A DNA stretch of 64,000 bases. It comes from Mobula hypostoma (taxonomy: Eukaryota). The translations under genes and the position numbers were made by a program. The stretch is taken from positions 6,014,001 to 6,078,000 of the forward strand of contig NC_086097.1 in assembly GCF_963921235.1 (NCBI RefSeq), written 5' to 3'. Position 1 is the first letter of the stretch. Each line of letters begins with the position of its first letter. A model generated the notes under the pieces. That model ran no database searches and was not told the origin of the DNA. It saw nothing but the letters and a program-made list of their open reading frames with translations. This document shows positions 13,031-25,392 of the stretch, piece after piece.

Positions 13031-13537
13031 AAGGTGAAAACATGAACTAAACTTTTCTGTGGGATCCTAATCTTGTACCCAAGAGCGGGGGCTTTGGTCC
13101 TACCTAATATTTCAAAAACGGCTGACTCCAGCAATAACCTACTGGCACTGACTGGATTACCAGTTGGACTGTTTGTGCTGGTCTCTCTGCAAGGGGAAAT
13201 TGACACTATTAAAACTGTTATAACTTCAGAGCATTCAATTTGGTTTTCCATTTTTATTTATTATTCTTATTTATAGATGCAGCACAGAATAGGAACATCT
13301 AGCCTGCTGAGCTGCATGGCCCAGAAACACACCCATTTAACACTAATCACAGGACAATTTACAATGACCAATTAACCTACTAGCCAGTATGCCTTGGCTG
13401 ACTGGCAGAAAACAGAGAGTGGGAATAAAAGGATTCTGTTCTGACTGGCTGCTGGTTACCTGTGGAGTTCCACAGGGGTTGGTGTTGGGACCCCTGCTTT
13501 TTACGATTTACGTCAATGATTTGGACTATGGGATTAA

Positions 13538-13956
13538 CCCTTACATACTGTTTAGGTCAAATTTGAACCGTTTTGACATTTGACAGCAGTAAAAACACCC
13601 TAAATGCCATTTTTTAAGCTGAAATTTGATGACTTTTCCTAAAGTGACCCAAAATCTGCAAAAATGAAAATATTTAAAAATTTTATACTTTTGTACAGGT
13701 GCTACAAATTTTTGTACATTCAGGCTGTTCCAGGTCAAATTTGACTCGTATCTATTGAAATGGATTTTAGATCTCTGAAACATTAATTAAGGATTAATCA
13801 CCCATTTAGTAATGTCAGATAGGCTGTTTATACATTCTAATTAGATCTATAGTTCAATATTTGGTATAGACACTTGTTGTGAGGGGATTCTTGGGCCAGG
13901 TCAAAATTGACCCGGACCATACTGTGAAGGTATAGAATATGAACAGGTTGCCTGGG
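13538..13956. mobile_element. Non-autonomous piggyBac-type element (MITE)
   Basis: TTAA|CCC...GGG|TTAA; removing it restores CR1 GGGATTAATGGATTTG; three GGTCAAATTTGACC-like palindromes (~13555, ~13733, ~13899). Confidence 0.8.
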
Positions 13957-14237
13957 TTAATGGATTTGCAGCTAAATTTGCCAATGATAGAAAGATAGGT
14001 GGAGGAGCAGGTAGTGTTGAGGAAACAGAGAGCCTGCAGAGAGACTTAGATAGCTTAGTGGAATGGACAAAGAAGTGGCAAATGAAATACAATGTTGGAA
14101 AGTGTATGGTCATGCACTCTGGTGGAAGAAATAAACAGCCAGGCTATTATTTAGATGGGGAGAGAATTCAAAACACAGAGAAGCAAGGGGACTTGGGAGT
14201 CCTTGTGCAAGATACCCTAAAGGTTAACCTGCAGGTT

Positions 14238-15328
14238 AAGTCATAGTCATAGTCATACTTTATTGATCCCAAGGGAAATTGGTTTTCGTTACAGTTGCTC
14301 CATAAATAATAAATAGTAATAGAACCATAAATAGTTAAATAATAATATGTAATTTATGCCAGTAAATTTTGAAATAAGTCCAGGACAAGCCTATTGGCTC
14401 AGGGTGTCTGACCCTCCAAGGGAGGAGTTGTAAAGTTTGATGGCCGCAGGCAGGAATGACTTCCTATGACACTCTGTGCTGCATCTCGGTGGAATGGGTC
14501 TCTGGCTGAATGTATTCCTGTGCCCACTCAGTACATTATGTAGTGGATGGGAGACATTGTCCAAGATGGCATGCAACTTGGACAGCATCCTCTTTTCAGA
14601 CACCACCGTCAGAGAGTCCAGTTCCATCCCCACAACATCACTGGCCTTACGAATGAGTTTGTTGATTCTGTTGGTGTCTGCTCCCCTCAGCCTGCTGCCC
14701 CAGCACACAACAGCAAACATGAAAACCCAGACCACCACAGACTCGTAGAACATCCTCAGCACCGCCCAGCAGATGTTAAAGGACCTCAGTCTCCTCAGGA
14801 AATAGAGACGGCTCTGATCCTTCTTATAGACAGCCTCAGTGTTCTTTGACCAGTCCAGTTTAGTGTCAATTCGTATCCCCAGGTATTTGTAATCCTCCAC
14901 CATGTCCACACTGACCCCCTGGATGGAAACAGGGGTCACCGGTACCTTAGCTCTCCTCAGGTCTACCACCAGCTCCTTAATCTTTTTCACATTAAGCTGC
15001 AGATAATTGTGCTCACACCATGTGACAAAGTTTCCTACCGTAGCCCTGTACTCAGCCTCATCTCCCTTGCTGATGCATCCAACTATGGCAGAGTCATCCG
15101 AAAACTTCTGAAGACGACAAGACTCTGTACAGTAGTTGAAGTCTGAGGTGTAAATGGTGAAGAGAAAGGGAGACAAGACAGTCCCCTGTGGAGCCCCAGT
15201 GCTGCTGATCACTCTGTCAGACAAACAGTGTTGCAAGCACACGTACTGCGGTCTGCCAGTCAGGTAATCAAGAATCCACAACACCAGGAAAGCATCCACC
15301 TGCATTGCTGTCAGCTTCTCCCCCAGCA
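14238..15328 (-). mobile_element. Rex1/Babar LINE, 5'-truncated, young; RT C-terminal ORF uninterrupted to the stop at 14391
   Basis: GAPQGTVLSPFLF, FSDD, LNVKKIKELVVD, RLYFLRRLRSF; AATAAA then (TATGAC)n tail. Confidence 0.92.
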
Positions 15329-17134
15329 GAGTCCGTTGTGAAGAAAGCAAATGCAATGTTGGCATTCATTTCTAGAGGTATAGAAGATAAGAGCAGGGAT
15401 GTGATGTTGAGGCTCTGTAAGGCACTCAAGAGACCACACTTGGAGTACTATGTGCAGTTTTGGGCTCCTTATTTTAGAAAGGATATAATGATATTAGAGA
15501 GGGTTCAGAGAAGATTCACAAGAATGATTCCAGGAATGAAAGTGTTACCATATGAGGAACGTCTGGCAGCTCTTGGCTGTATTTCCTGGAGTTCAGGAGA
15601 ATGAGGAGGGATCTCATAGAAACATAAATATGGCGAAGTTCTTTCTCATGGTAGGGGATTCTAGGACAAGAGGGCACGACTTCAGGATTGAAGGATGTCC
15701 ACTTAGAACTGAGATGCAGAGAAATTATTTTAGTCAGAATGTGGTAAATCTGTGGAATTTGTTGCCAGGAGCAGCTGTGGAGGCTAAGTCATTGGGTGCA
15801 TTTAAGGCAGAGAGAGATAGGTTCTTGATTAGCCAGGGCATCAAAGGGTATGGGGTGAAGGCAGGGGAGTGGGGATGACTGGATCAGCCCATGATTGAAT
15901 GGCGGAGTAGACTTGATGGGCTGAATGGCCTACATCTGCTCCTATATCTTATGGTTTTGTCTTATAATTTTTGTCCTGTGAGAGGAAACTGTCATAACCG
16001 GAGGAAACCCATGAAGTCACGAGGGTAGAACGTACAGAATTCTTACAGATGGTGCCAGAATTGAACTTCAAGCTCTGATGCCCCGAGCTGTAATAGCGGC
16101 ACACTAATCTCTACATTATTGTGGTGCTCACTTTGCATCCTTTGTCTCAAGAGTACAACCAAAGCTAATTCAAACTTTCCTCAAAGCTAAATTTTTGGGC
16201 GGGTCCTAAAAGCATCCTTCAAAATTTCTTCAACAACTTCTCCAGCACAGATATTCCTGTATTACAGTAATCTGGTGTTTGCAGGACACAATGTGTGAGT
16301 TAATTAACGTTATCTACATTTCCAGGATAACCATCCTAACCCTATATTCTATGTCTCAGTCATATTGTCCTGTGCTGCTACCCATTAGGATCCATAGTCA
16401 TACACACTAGGGTCCACTATTCTTTGAGAATGATCTCTTCTCTCACTCACTGTATGTTGTCTGTTCTCTTGTTCTGCCTTAAATGCATCACATCGCGCTT
16501 ATCTAAACTGAATTCCATTTGCTATTATTCAGTGTAATACAACTACCATCCATATTTTCCTGCTGTTTAAATTTTCCTCCATGTGTCAATTACAATGCTT
16601 GTATCATTGACAAATTTCTTTGGAATGTTCTTATTGAAGATAAATCATTAAACAGTATATATTACAATATGCAAGATTATTATCCAGGGAATTCCAAGCA
16701 TGTCCCTTTTTCTTCTGGGGAATAAGTTTACTTTGAAGCTCTTCAAGATTGCCCAATTGCTCTGCAACTAATTTATCTTTGAGAATCTGTTTCTGGTATA
16801 TTTTTTTATATTATTGGTTAAACAATAAATCACCTTCCCAAATTTATAACTTAATTTTATTTCATAGAACATAGAATGGTACTGCACAGGAACAGATCCA
16901 ACGGCCCACAAAGTTGTGCTGAACCTATTAAATTAGTAGTCAAATGGCTAACCAAACTAACCTCTTCTGGCTACACAATGTCTGTATCCTTCCATTTTCC
17001 TGACACTCATATGTCCACCTAAACATCTCTTAAAGGTCTCTACCACCACCCCAGGCAGCGCATTCCAGCCACCCACCACTTTCAGTACTAAAAACACTTG
17101 CCTCTTGCATCTCCTTTGATCCCCCCCCCCATCT

Positions 17135-17932
17135 TAAATGGTGGCAAAAATAGGAAAACAGATTATTATCTGAATGGTGGCCGATTAGGAAAAGGGGAGG
17201 TGCAACGAGACCTGGGTGTCATTATACACCAGTCATTGAAAGTGGGCATGCAGGTACAGCAGGCTGTGAAAAAGGCGAATGGTATGCTGGCATTTATAGC
17301 GAGAGGATTCGAGTACAGAAGCAGGGAGGTACTACTGCAGTTGTACAAGGCCTTGGTGAGACCACACCTGGAGTATTGTGTGCAGTTTTGGTCCCCTAAT
17401 CCGAGGAAAGACATCTTTGTCATAGAGGGAGTACAAAGAAGGTTCACCAGATTGATTCCTGGGATGGCAGGACTTTCATATGAAGAAAGACTGGATGAAC
17501 TGGGCTTGTACTCGTTGGAATTTAGAAGATTGAGGGGGGATCTGATTGGAACGTATAAAATCCTAAAGGGATTGGACAGGCTAGATGCAGGAAGATTGTT
17601 CCCGATGTTGGGGAAGTCCAGAACAAGAGGTCACAGTTTGAGGATAAAGGGGAAGCCTTTTAGGACCGAGATTAGGAAAAACTTCTTCACACAGAGAGTG
17701 GTGAATCAATGGAATTCTCTGCCACAGGAAACTGTTGAGGCCAGTTCATTGGCTATATTTAAGAGGGAGTTAGATATGGCCCTTGTGGCTACAGGGGTCG
17801 GGGGTATGGAGGGAAGGCTGGGGCGGGGTTCTGAGTTGGATGATCAGCCATGATCATAATAAATGGCGGTGCAGGCTCGACGGGCCGAATGGCCTACTCC
17901 TGCACCTATTTTCTATGTTTCTATGTTTCTAT
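17135..17932 (+). mobile_element. Young CR1 LINE 3' end (ORF2 C-terminus open)
   Basis: 251-aa ORF with RDLGV, LVRPHLEYCVQFWSP, RRLRGDLI and FFTQRVV; (TTCTATGT)n tail. Confidence 0.92.
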
Positions 17933-18097
17933 GCACGTTCTCTGGTATTAGACACTTTAATTCTGGGAAAAAGAGACTGTCTGTCTATGACTCTCATTAT
18001 CTTACAAACTTCAATAAGATCTCACCTCAGCTTCTGTCACTCTAGAAAAAAACAACGCAAGTTTGACCAGCCTCTCGTTATACCACATGTCCTTTAA

Positions 18098-18535
18098 TGG
18101 TGCTGGAGTTTTAGGACCTTAGCAAGGTTTAATCAACATGATTTGAGGATTGGACTCTATAGTTCGTGTTATGATGTGTTTCTGGTTTCTAGTTATGCAT
18201 TTTTTTATATTGCAATTTTGTGTGGATTTTGATCGGGGGGAGTTGGCTCTGTGACCAGCAGTCAACAAATGACACAACACTAAACTGAACTGAACTGAAC
18301 ATTCCTAGACTGTTTCAAATACTTTGTGGTTTTGTATTTTATATTCTATGTTTTTTGCTCATTTTTTGCTGTTTGTTGGATTTGTTCTTTTTCTTTTGCA
18401 CATTGGGTGTTCGATGATTTCTTTGAACAGCTTCCATGGGGTTTCTTTGTTTCATGTCTGTCTGTGGGAAGATGAATCTCAGAGTTGTATGCAGCATACG
18501 TACTTCGACAATAAATGTTCTTAGAAACCTTTGAA
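18098..18535 (+). mobile_element. Non-coding SINE-like repeat with LINE-type 3' tail (family shared with 24960-25392)
   Basis: Collinear similarity with 24960-25392 (GACTCT.TAGTT, TGTTTCTGGTTTCT, AAACTGAAC); AATAAA plus CTTTGAA tail. Confidence 0.6.
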
Positions 18536-20710
18536 TTTTAATCCAGGTAGCTTCCTGGTATTCCCTTGTGCACTCTCTCCAAAGCCTTACAACGCTTCCT
18601 GTGAAGGGTTGACCAGAACTCTGTACAATACTCCAAATGCAGTCTAACTACAGTTTATAAAGCTGCAACATAACTTCCTGACTTTTGAATTCAATGCCTC
18701 AACTGATAAAGGCAAGCATGTCATATGCCTTCTTAATCACCCTATCAACCTGAGTGGCCACTTTCAGGAAGCTACGACTTGAACTTCAAAATACCTCTAT
18801 TCATCAACACTGTTAAGGGTCTTGCCCTTAACAGTTTATTGTCTCTATATATTTGACCTACCATGATGTAAAACTTTACATTTGTCCGAGTTGACCTCTA
18901 TCTGCTATTTCTCAGTCGATATATTCAGTTGGTCTATACCCATTGTATTCTTCGCCAGACCGGATGCTAACCACACCACTAATCTTTGTATCACTTGCAG
19001 ACTTACTAACACACCCATTTATATTTTCATCTGGGTTAATTATGTATCAGTCACCTTTGTCACCTCGTCAAAATACTTAATCAAGTTAGTGGATGCGACT
19101 TGCTCCACACTAAGCTATGCTGTCTCTCCCTAATTAGACCATGGTTTTCCACATGTTCATAAATTCAATCCCTAAGAATTCTCGCCAGCAACCTTCCTGC
19201 CATTGGAGTTTCCAGGATTAGCCCTGGTTTCCTCCTTGAATAATGGAACAACATTAGCTTCGTGCCAGTCCTCTGGGACCTCACCTGAGGCTAGAGAGAA
19301 TGCAAAGATATTGATCAAGGCCTCAGCAATATCTTCTCTTGTTTCGCTCGAAAATTTGGGGTATTTCCCATCAGGCCCTGGAGATTATCCACCTTAATTC
19401 TCTGTAAGAGACCCAATACAATCTTCACTTTTATGTCAAGATACCCTATAATAGAGTTTCATATCACAACACTGTATATAAACAAGCCCTTCGACCCATC
19501 TGGACAGTACCAAACCATTAATCTGCATCGTCTCATTGATTTACACCTTGAAAATAGCCCTCCACAATCATCTCATTCTTGTACCTATCCACATTTCTCT
19601 GAAAATTTGAAATCGACCCTGCATACACCACTTGTGTTGGCAGCTCATTCCACACTCACACCACCCACTGAGTGAAGAAGTTTCCTCTCATGGTCCCCTT
19701 AACCCATGACCTCTAGTTCTACTCTCACCTATCCTCAGTGGAAAAAGCCTACTTGCATTTAGCCGAGCTATATCTCTCATAATTTTGTTCACCTCCATCA
19801 AATCTCTCTGTAATCTTTTACTTTCCAAGGAATAAAGTTCAAACCTATTCATTCTTTCCAGATAACTCATGTCCTCCAGTCCCAGCAAAAACCTTGTAAA
19901 TTTTCTTTGTACTCTTTCAACCTAGTTTACATCTTTCCTGTAGATGGGTGACCAAAACTGCACACAATACTCCAAATTATGACTCACCAATGCCTTATAA
20001 AATTTCAACATAACATCCTGTATGAAAGACATTGATTTATGAAGGCCAATGTGCCAGAAGCTTTCTTTATGATCATATCTCCCTGTTTTACCACTTTGAA
20101 GCAATTATAAATCTATATTCCTAGATCCCTCCCTTTTACCACACTTCTCAGTACCCTTTCACTCACTGTTTAAGAATTACCCTGGCCAGCTGTCCCAAAG
20201 TGCAATAGCTCACATTTGTATGCATTAAATTCCATCTGCCATTTTTCCATTTGGTCCAGATCCCACAGGAAGCTTTGATAGTATTCCTCGCTGTCCACTA
20301 TACTCCCGATCTTGATTTTGTCTGTAAATTTGCTGATCCAGTTAACCACATTATCATTCAGATCATTGGTATAGATGACAAACAATAATGGACCCAGCAC
20401 CAATCCCTGTGGCACACCACAAGTCACAGGCCTCCATTTAGAGAGGCAACCATCTACTACCACTCTCTGTCTCCTGCCATGAAGCCAATGTCTAATCTAA
20501 TTTACTATGTCATTTTAAATGCCAGGACACTGAAAATACTTGAACAACCTCCCATGTGGGACCTTGCTAAAGTCCATGTAGACAACATCCAGTGCATTGC
20601 CTTCTTCAACTTCCCTGGCAACTGCCTTGAAAAACTCTGTAATATTGGTTAGACATGACTTATCATGAATAAGTCCTTGTCTATCCAAATAGCTATAGAT
20701 CCTGTCCCAC

Positions 20711-21114
20711 AATGTGGAGAAGGATTATTCAAAGTGAAGAACGAACATTCGATGTGGAGAATGAACATTCAATATGTAGGAGCAACATTCAATGTGGATA
20801 TTGAACTTTAAATGTGGAGAAGGAATATTCAATGTGGAGATTGAACATGCAATGTAGAGATTGAACTTTCAATGAGGAGATTGAACACTCATTGTGGAGA
20901 TTGAGCATTCTATGTGGAGATTGAACATCCAATGTGGAGATTGAACATCCAATGTGGAGAAGAAACATTCAATATGGAGTTTGAACATTCAATGTGGAGA
21001 AGGAAGATTCAGTGTGGAGAAGGAAGATTCAGTGTGGAGAAGGAAGATTCAATGTGGAGAAGGAATATTCAGTGTGGAGATTGAACATTCAATATGGAGA
21101 TTGAGCATTCAGTG
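20711..21114. repeat. 20-bp minisatellite, ~20 copies
   Basis: Units AATGTGGAGATTGAACATTC and AGTGTGGAGAAGGAAGATTC in exact 20-bp register. Confidence 0.95.
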
Positions 21115-24100
21115 ATAGGCAGAGAGAACACTCATAAGCAGCTCTCTCCACTCTCAGTATTCAATATTTTCTGCTCTCTCCTCCAGGCTGCACATTAGTT
21201 CCCTATTGCAGTGGTACTTGTAGAACTAGATTCCTTGTCACTTTGTTATAAGGATCATCACAAAATCATAATACCAAAGAATTGTCTTTATGAAAAAGAC
21301 CCAAGTATGGAATCAGAAGTATATTAACTTTAGACATATTCTCAATGAATTCATGAATTGCATGCCTTGAAAATGAAGTATAAACTATATTCAAGTTCAT
21401 GTTTAATTGACATTCAGTCATATACATGAATATTACCAAACAAAACAGCATTTTGAGCAAGGAGTAAATACTGTCCCAGCAGCACACAAAAACATAAATT
21501 ATATATAAAAAATAATATATAATCCAAGTTCCAAAGTGTCATGGTCTGTAACTTGATGGTGTCCTGGAGCCATGCTGCAGTACCTCATAACACAATAGTG
21601 CAGCCACAGGTGAATGCAATCCAGCTTGCTTTCCACTGAGTGAACACTGGGGAGCAGCACAGACAGGAGAGGCCAAACCCCAACCCAGTGCTGAATCCAG
21701 CGCTACACAGCCAATTCCGGTGTCTTCTTCCCCTGTGGCCGCAACAGGCAACCCTGAGGCATGAATGAGAGCCTGCTCCATGCCACAACCGAGGCCGTGT
21801 TGTCGGTCTCACTCTGAAAGGCCACCCATTGAATATGTTTAAGAATGAGATTGAGAATTGGCCAATATTGTATTGAATGCTGTATCAGCTCAAAGGTTAA
21901 ATGTTTCTATTTTCCTATATTTCTATGTTCTACATTGCCTAGATCTCAAAGCTAGACTTTCCTCTTATTCATGTTTCTATTGTTGAAGCTTGATCTCAAA
22001 CTGAGAAAGTTATTTTTCTGCTCATCAAATTCAAGGCACATTTTAAATATTTAATCAAGTTTTGTTGAAGCAGTTGCTCTGGTCATACATTTGTCTCCAC
22101 TTGTCCTCCAGTGTTACTCCTGCTAAATTTTGATAAATGATATATCTCATCTACATATTCTGAACATGTTTAGCCATTCAGAATTTCATTGCAGGGTTTG
22201 TCAGATATATCATCTTCTCATTGCTACCATCAAAGAGGTGGGACAGAAGCCGGAAGACACACACTCAACACTTCAGAAACAGGTTCTTCCCCTCCATCAT
22301 CATGTTTCTGAACGGACAATGAGCCCATGTACACTACCTCACTATTTATTTTGCTCCCTTTTTTCCAATACTTATTTAATTTATATTTATAGGGTACATA
22401 CTGTTTGCTTCTTATTGTAATTCATCTTTTTTTATTATTATGTATTGCAATGTACTGCTGTCGCAAAACAACAAATTTTATGACACGTCAATGATATTAA
22501 ACCCGATTCTGATTCAAGCCCCAGTGATCGGTAAACTATATTGTTTTTTCACATCACACCATTCAATAAAAGGAATGAAGTGTATTTCATTGTTTTTCTT
22601 TGGCCATTAAAAACATAATTCATTCTAGTTACAAGAGAAATTATGAGGAAAGGTTGAGTGAGCAAATGCTTTTCTCTTTGGAACAAAGGAGGAAAAGAGG
22701 TGATCTGGTAGAGGTGTATAAGACAATAAGAGGCATAGATAGAGTGGGCAAGGTGAGGGAATAGGGATCATTGACTGGAAGATCAGGATCATTGGAGACT
22801 ATGATTCAAGTGACAAGGCCACTTAGGGATGTGATCAATGAGTGGGAGGAGCTGTTTCTCTGGGTAAAGAGCCTGGGTCTTAAAAGATAAGCTTAACTTA
22901 ATAGACCCCATGTCTAATACAGATCAAGGAAAATATAATTGTCTCAAGTATCACTTTTAGGACAACATAGACTAAATTTGTCCCAGTACAGCTCCAAACC
23001 ACAACATAGCCTCTTCTCATTGTTCCCATCGAGAAGGAGGTACAGGAGCCTGAAGCCACATAATTAACCTTTCAGGAACAACTTTTTCCCCTCTGAATTG
23101 ACAATGAAGCCATGAACACTGATTCATTATTTTTTTTTATTTTCTTGCATTATTTATTTACATATGCTACTTACAATAAATTGCAGGACACAGAAACTTT
23201 AAACAATAACATTGATTTTAACTCGAAGGGGAACCAGCACTTTTTTTTTGCAGCAGCAATACAGAGCAATGCATAAAATTAATACAGTACTGTGCAAAAT
23301 TCTTCGAGGCAGCTGCATAGGGTAACACCACGAGGTACTCTGTCTTCTTTTTACATTGTTTGATACAAATGCACTACACACCGGGAATGACAGTGCTTAT
23401 TGAATGAGAACATGCACTCTAAGGTATCTATTCTTTACAACGTAAGGTCAGTGGAATCCGGAGTAATGGAAAACAATCTGGCAGTGAACATTATCGTGCT
23501 TCACACTGGGACAAATCCATGTCCCTTTCTCTTAGTATTGAACACATTAGTACCCGAATGCCTTCTGCCAGGTACGAAAGCGTTGTTTAATTTTTCAATG
23601 TTGTAAATCTGCTAGTCTCACAATTTTGTGGAAAGTGCCTAACATAGATACAAACATTCAAATTTCCTTCTACAATTTCCCTATCTCCCTCTTTCTGAGA
23701 TTTATTTGTTGATATGCTATCCGTGATATCTTGGATTTATTACAGTCTAAAATGAAAATGTCAGAAACTAGAAACATCATAACATGACCTCAATAAATGC
23801 TTGCATATATATGAACCTCAAGGTGACCTATGGTAGAAATGTATATTAAATGATGTTAATTTTTGTTGTGTATCGTGCCAACATACCAGAACAAATTCCC
23901 AATACAGTATATACTATATACATTGAATAATGTTGATCCTTTGATAATAAATTTACTTGAACTATGATCTGAAAGGAAGACGGCAGTATCCAATTCAAGT
24001 GGAAGTGAAAACAGTGTGGGGCTCAAGTGAATTGGGTGGTGGTAGAGGCAGATACATTTGGGATTTTTAAAGAGACGTTTTGATAGACACATGAATGTGA

Positions 24101-24959
24101 GGAAAATGGATGGATACGGACGTTGTTCAGGCAGAAGGGATTTGTTTGATTGGCCACTTGACTACTAAGTGAATTCGTTCAGCACAACACTGTGGGCCAA
24201 AAGGCCTGTTCTTGTGCTGTACTGTTCCCAGTTCTATGTTTTACGGACAGAGTGAAGGGGCAAGCAACAGTATTTGCCAGTAGATTGAAGCAGGGAGAAT
24301 GGCATAATCTGAAGTAGACTAGGCAAAGTGAAGACGCATCGGGTAACAAGCCAGCGCGACAGGTTGTGTGAAGTATTAGGGGTGCTGAGAAGACAGAGTG
24401 AAGTAACAAGTATGCAGAGGTAGCAGGCGGCAGGCAGAAGCATGGCCCTGGCAGAGTGGATGAGGACCCAGCGAGATGGATCAGAGGCGGATCCGAAAGG
24501 GAAAGGCCAGAGCGGAGCTCAAGCAGATGAGAAAGGATGCTGGCCCAGCAGACCATCGAACAGACGGACAGAGTGAAGGGGCAACTAACGAAGGAGTGCG
24601 CGCAACAATTGGCCGCAGATTCAAGCTCAGACGAAACTGGAAGTACTACATCTGGGTGGATGCGGAGCTGAAAGGGTGAAGGCTTAGTGGACTGGGTAAG
24701 GTGAAGCAGGAGCAGGGACCGGCGGAGCGAAAAATTAACAAAGATGAACAGTGATTGGCCACAGGGTGAGTGGGGCACTTTAAAGTGGACCATGAAATAT
24801 AAAGAGGTTGCAGATGCGGTGAGATGAAACAGAAAATGATGTGGGTAAATTTAATTTGTGTAGGGGCCATATGGAAATGGTGAGCCTAAAGGCCAGTTTC
24901 GGTGCTGTTTGGCACTACAACTGTGACTTGCTATTCAGATGCTCCCTCTCCCTCTCCCT

Positions 24960-25392
24960 CTCCCTCGTGGCTGCCGGAGGATGGTGCCAGAGTCCTGGGC
25001 CCTGGGCAAGTTTTAATTGATGCAGTTTGAGTATTAGACTCTGTAGTTTATGTAATGATGTGTTTCTGGTTTCTGGTTACGCCTTTCTTTTTTGATACTT
25101 TGTGCGATTTTGATCAGGCCGGACAGGCTCTGCATCCTGCAATCAACAAACAACACTAAATTGAACTGACCTGAGATAAACTGAACATTCTTGGACTGTT
25201 TCAAGAACTGTTTGATGCTTTATGTTCTGTGAGCTTTTCACGCGATTTTTGGTGTTTGTGCGATCTGTTTATTTTTTGCACGTTGGATGTTTTTTTTAAT
25301 ATGTTCCATGCTGTTTCTTTATTTTGTAGCTGTCTGAGGATTGTACACTGCATGCAAACATGGATAATGAATGCTCTTTGAACTTAGAACTT
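24960..25392 (+). mobile_element. Non-coding SINE-like repeat (second copy of the 18098-18535 family)
   Basis: Similarity to 18098-18535; CTTTGAACTTAGAACTT tail. Confidence 0.6.

Larger units (their letters stand above)
13389..15962 (+). mobile_element. CR1 LINE 3' half (RT), interrupted by a piggyBac MITE and a Rex1 LINE; itself splits a minus-strand SINE (13255-13388 / ~15970-16130)
   Basis: WLTGRKQRVGI, GVPQGLVLGPLLF, WQMKYNVGKC, RPHLEYYVQFWAP, RVQRRFTRMIPG motifs in collinear pieces at 13389-13537, 13957-14237 and 15329-15962. Confidence 0.9.
16866..20708 (-). mobile_element. Cluster of old minus-strand CR1 LINE fragments
   Basis: ATAGAACATAGAA tail at 16864; GVPQGLVLGPLLF, LEYCVQFWSP and VYMDFSK motifs in minus ORFs at 19688-20712; interrupted by younger insertions. 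Confidence 0.8.

Noticed and set aside
24179..24793. 204-aa minus ORF
   Set aside because: Leu/Ser/Pro/Cys-rich composition follows from the pyrimidine bias; it runs into a CR1 tail and shows no domain.
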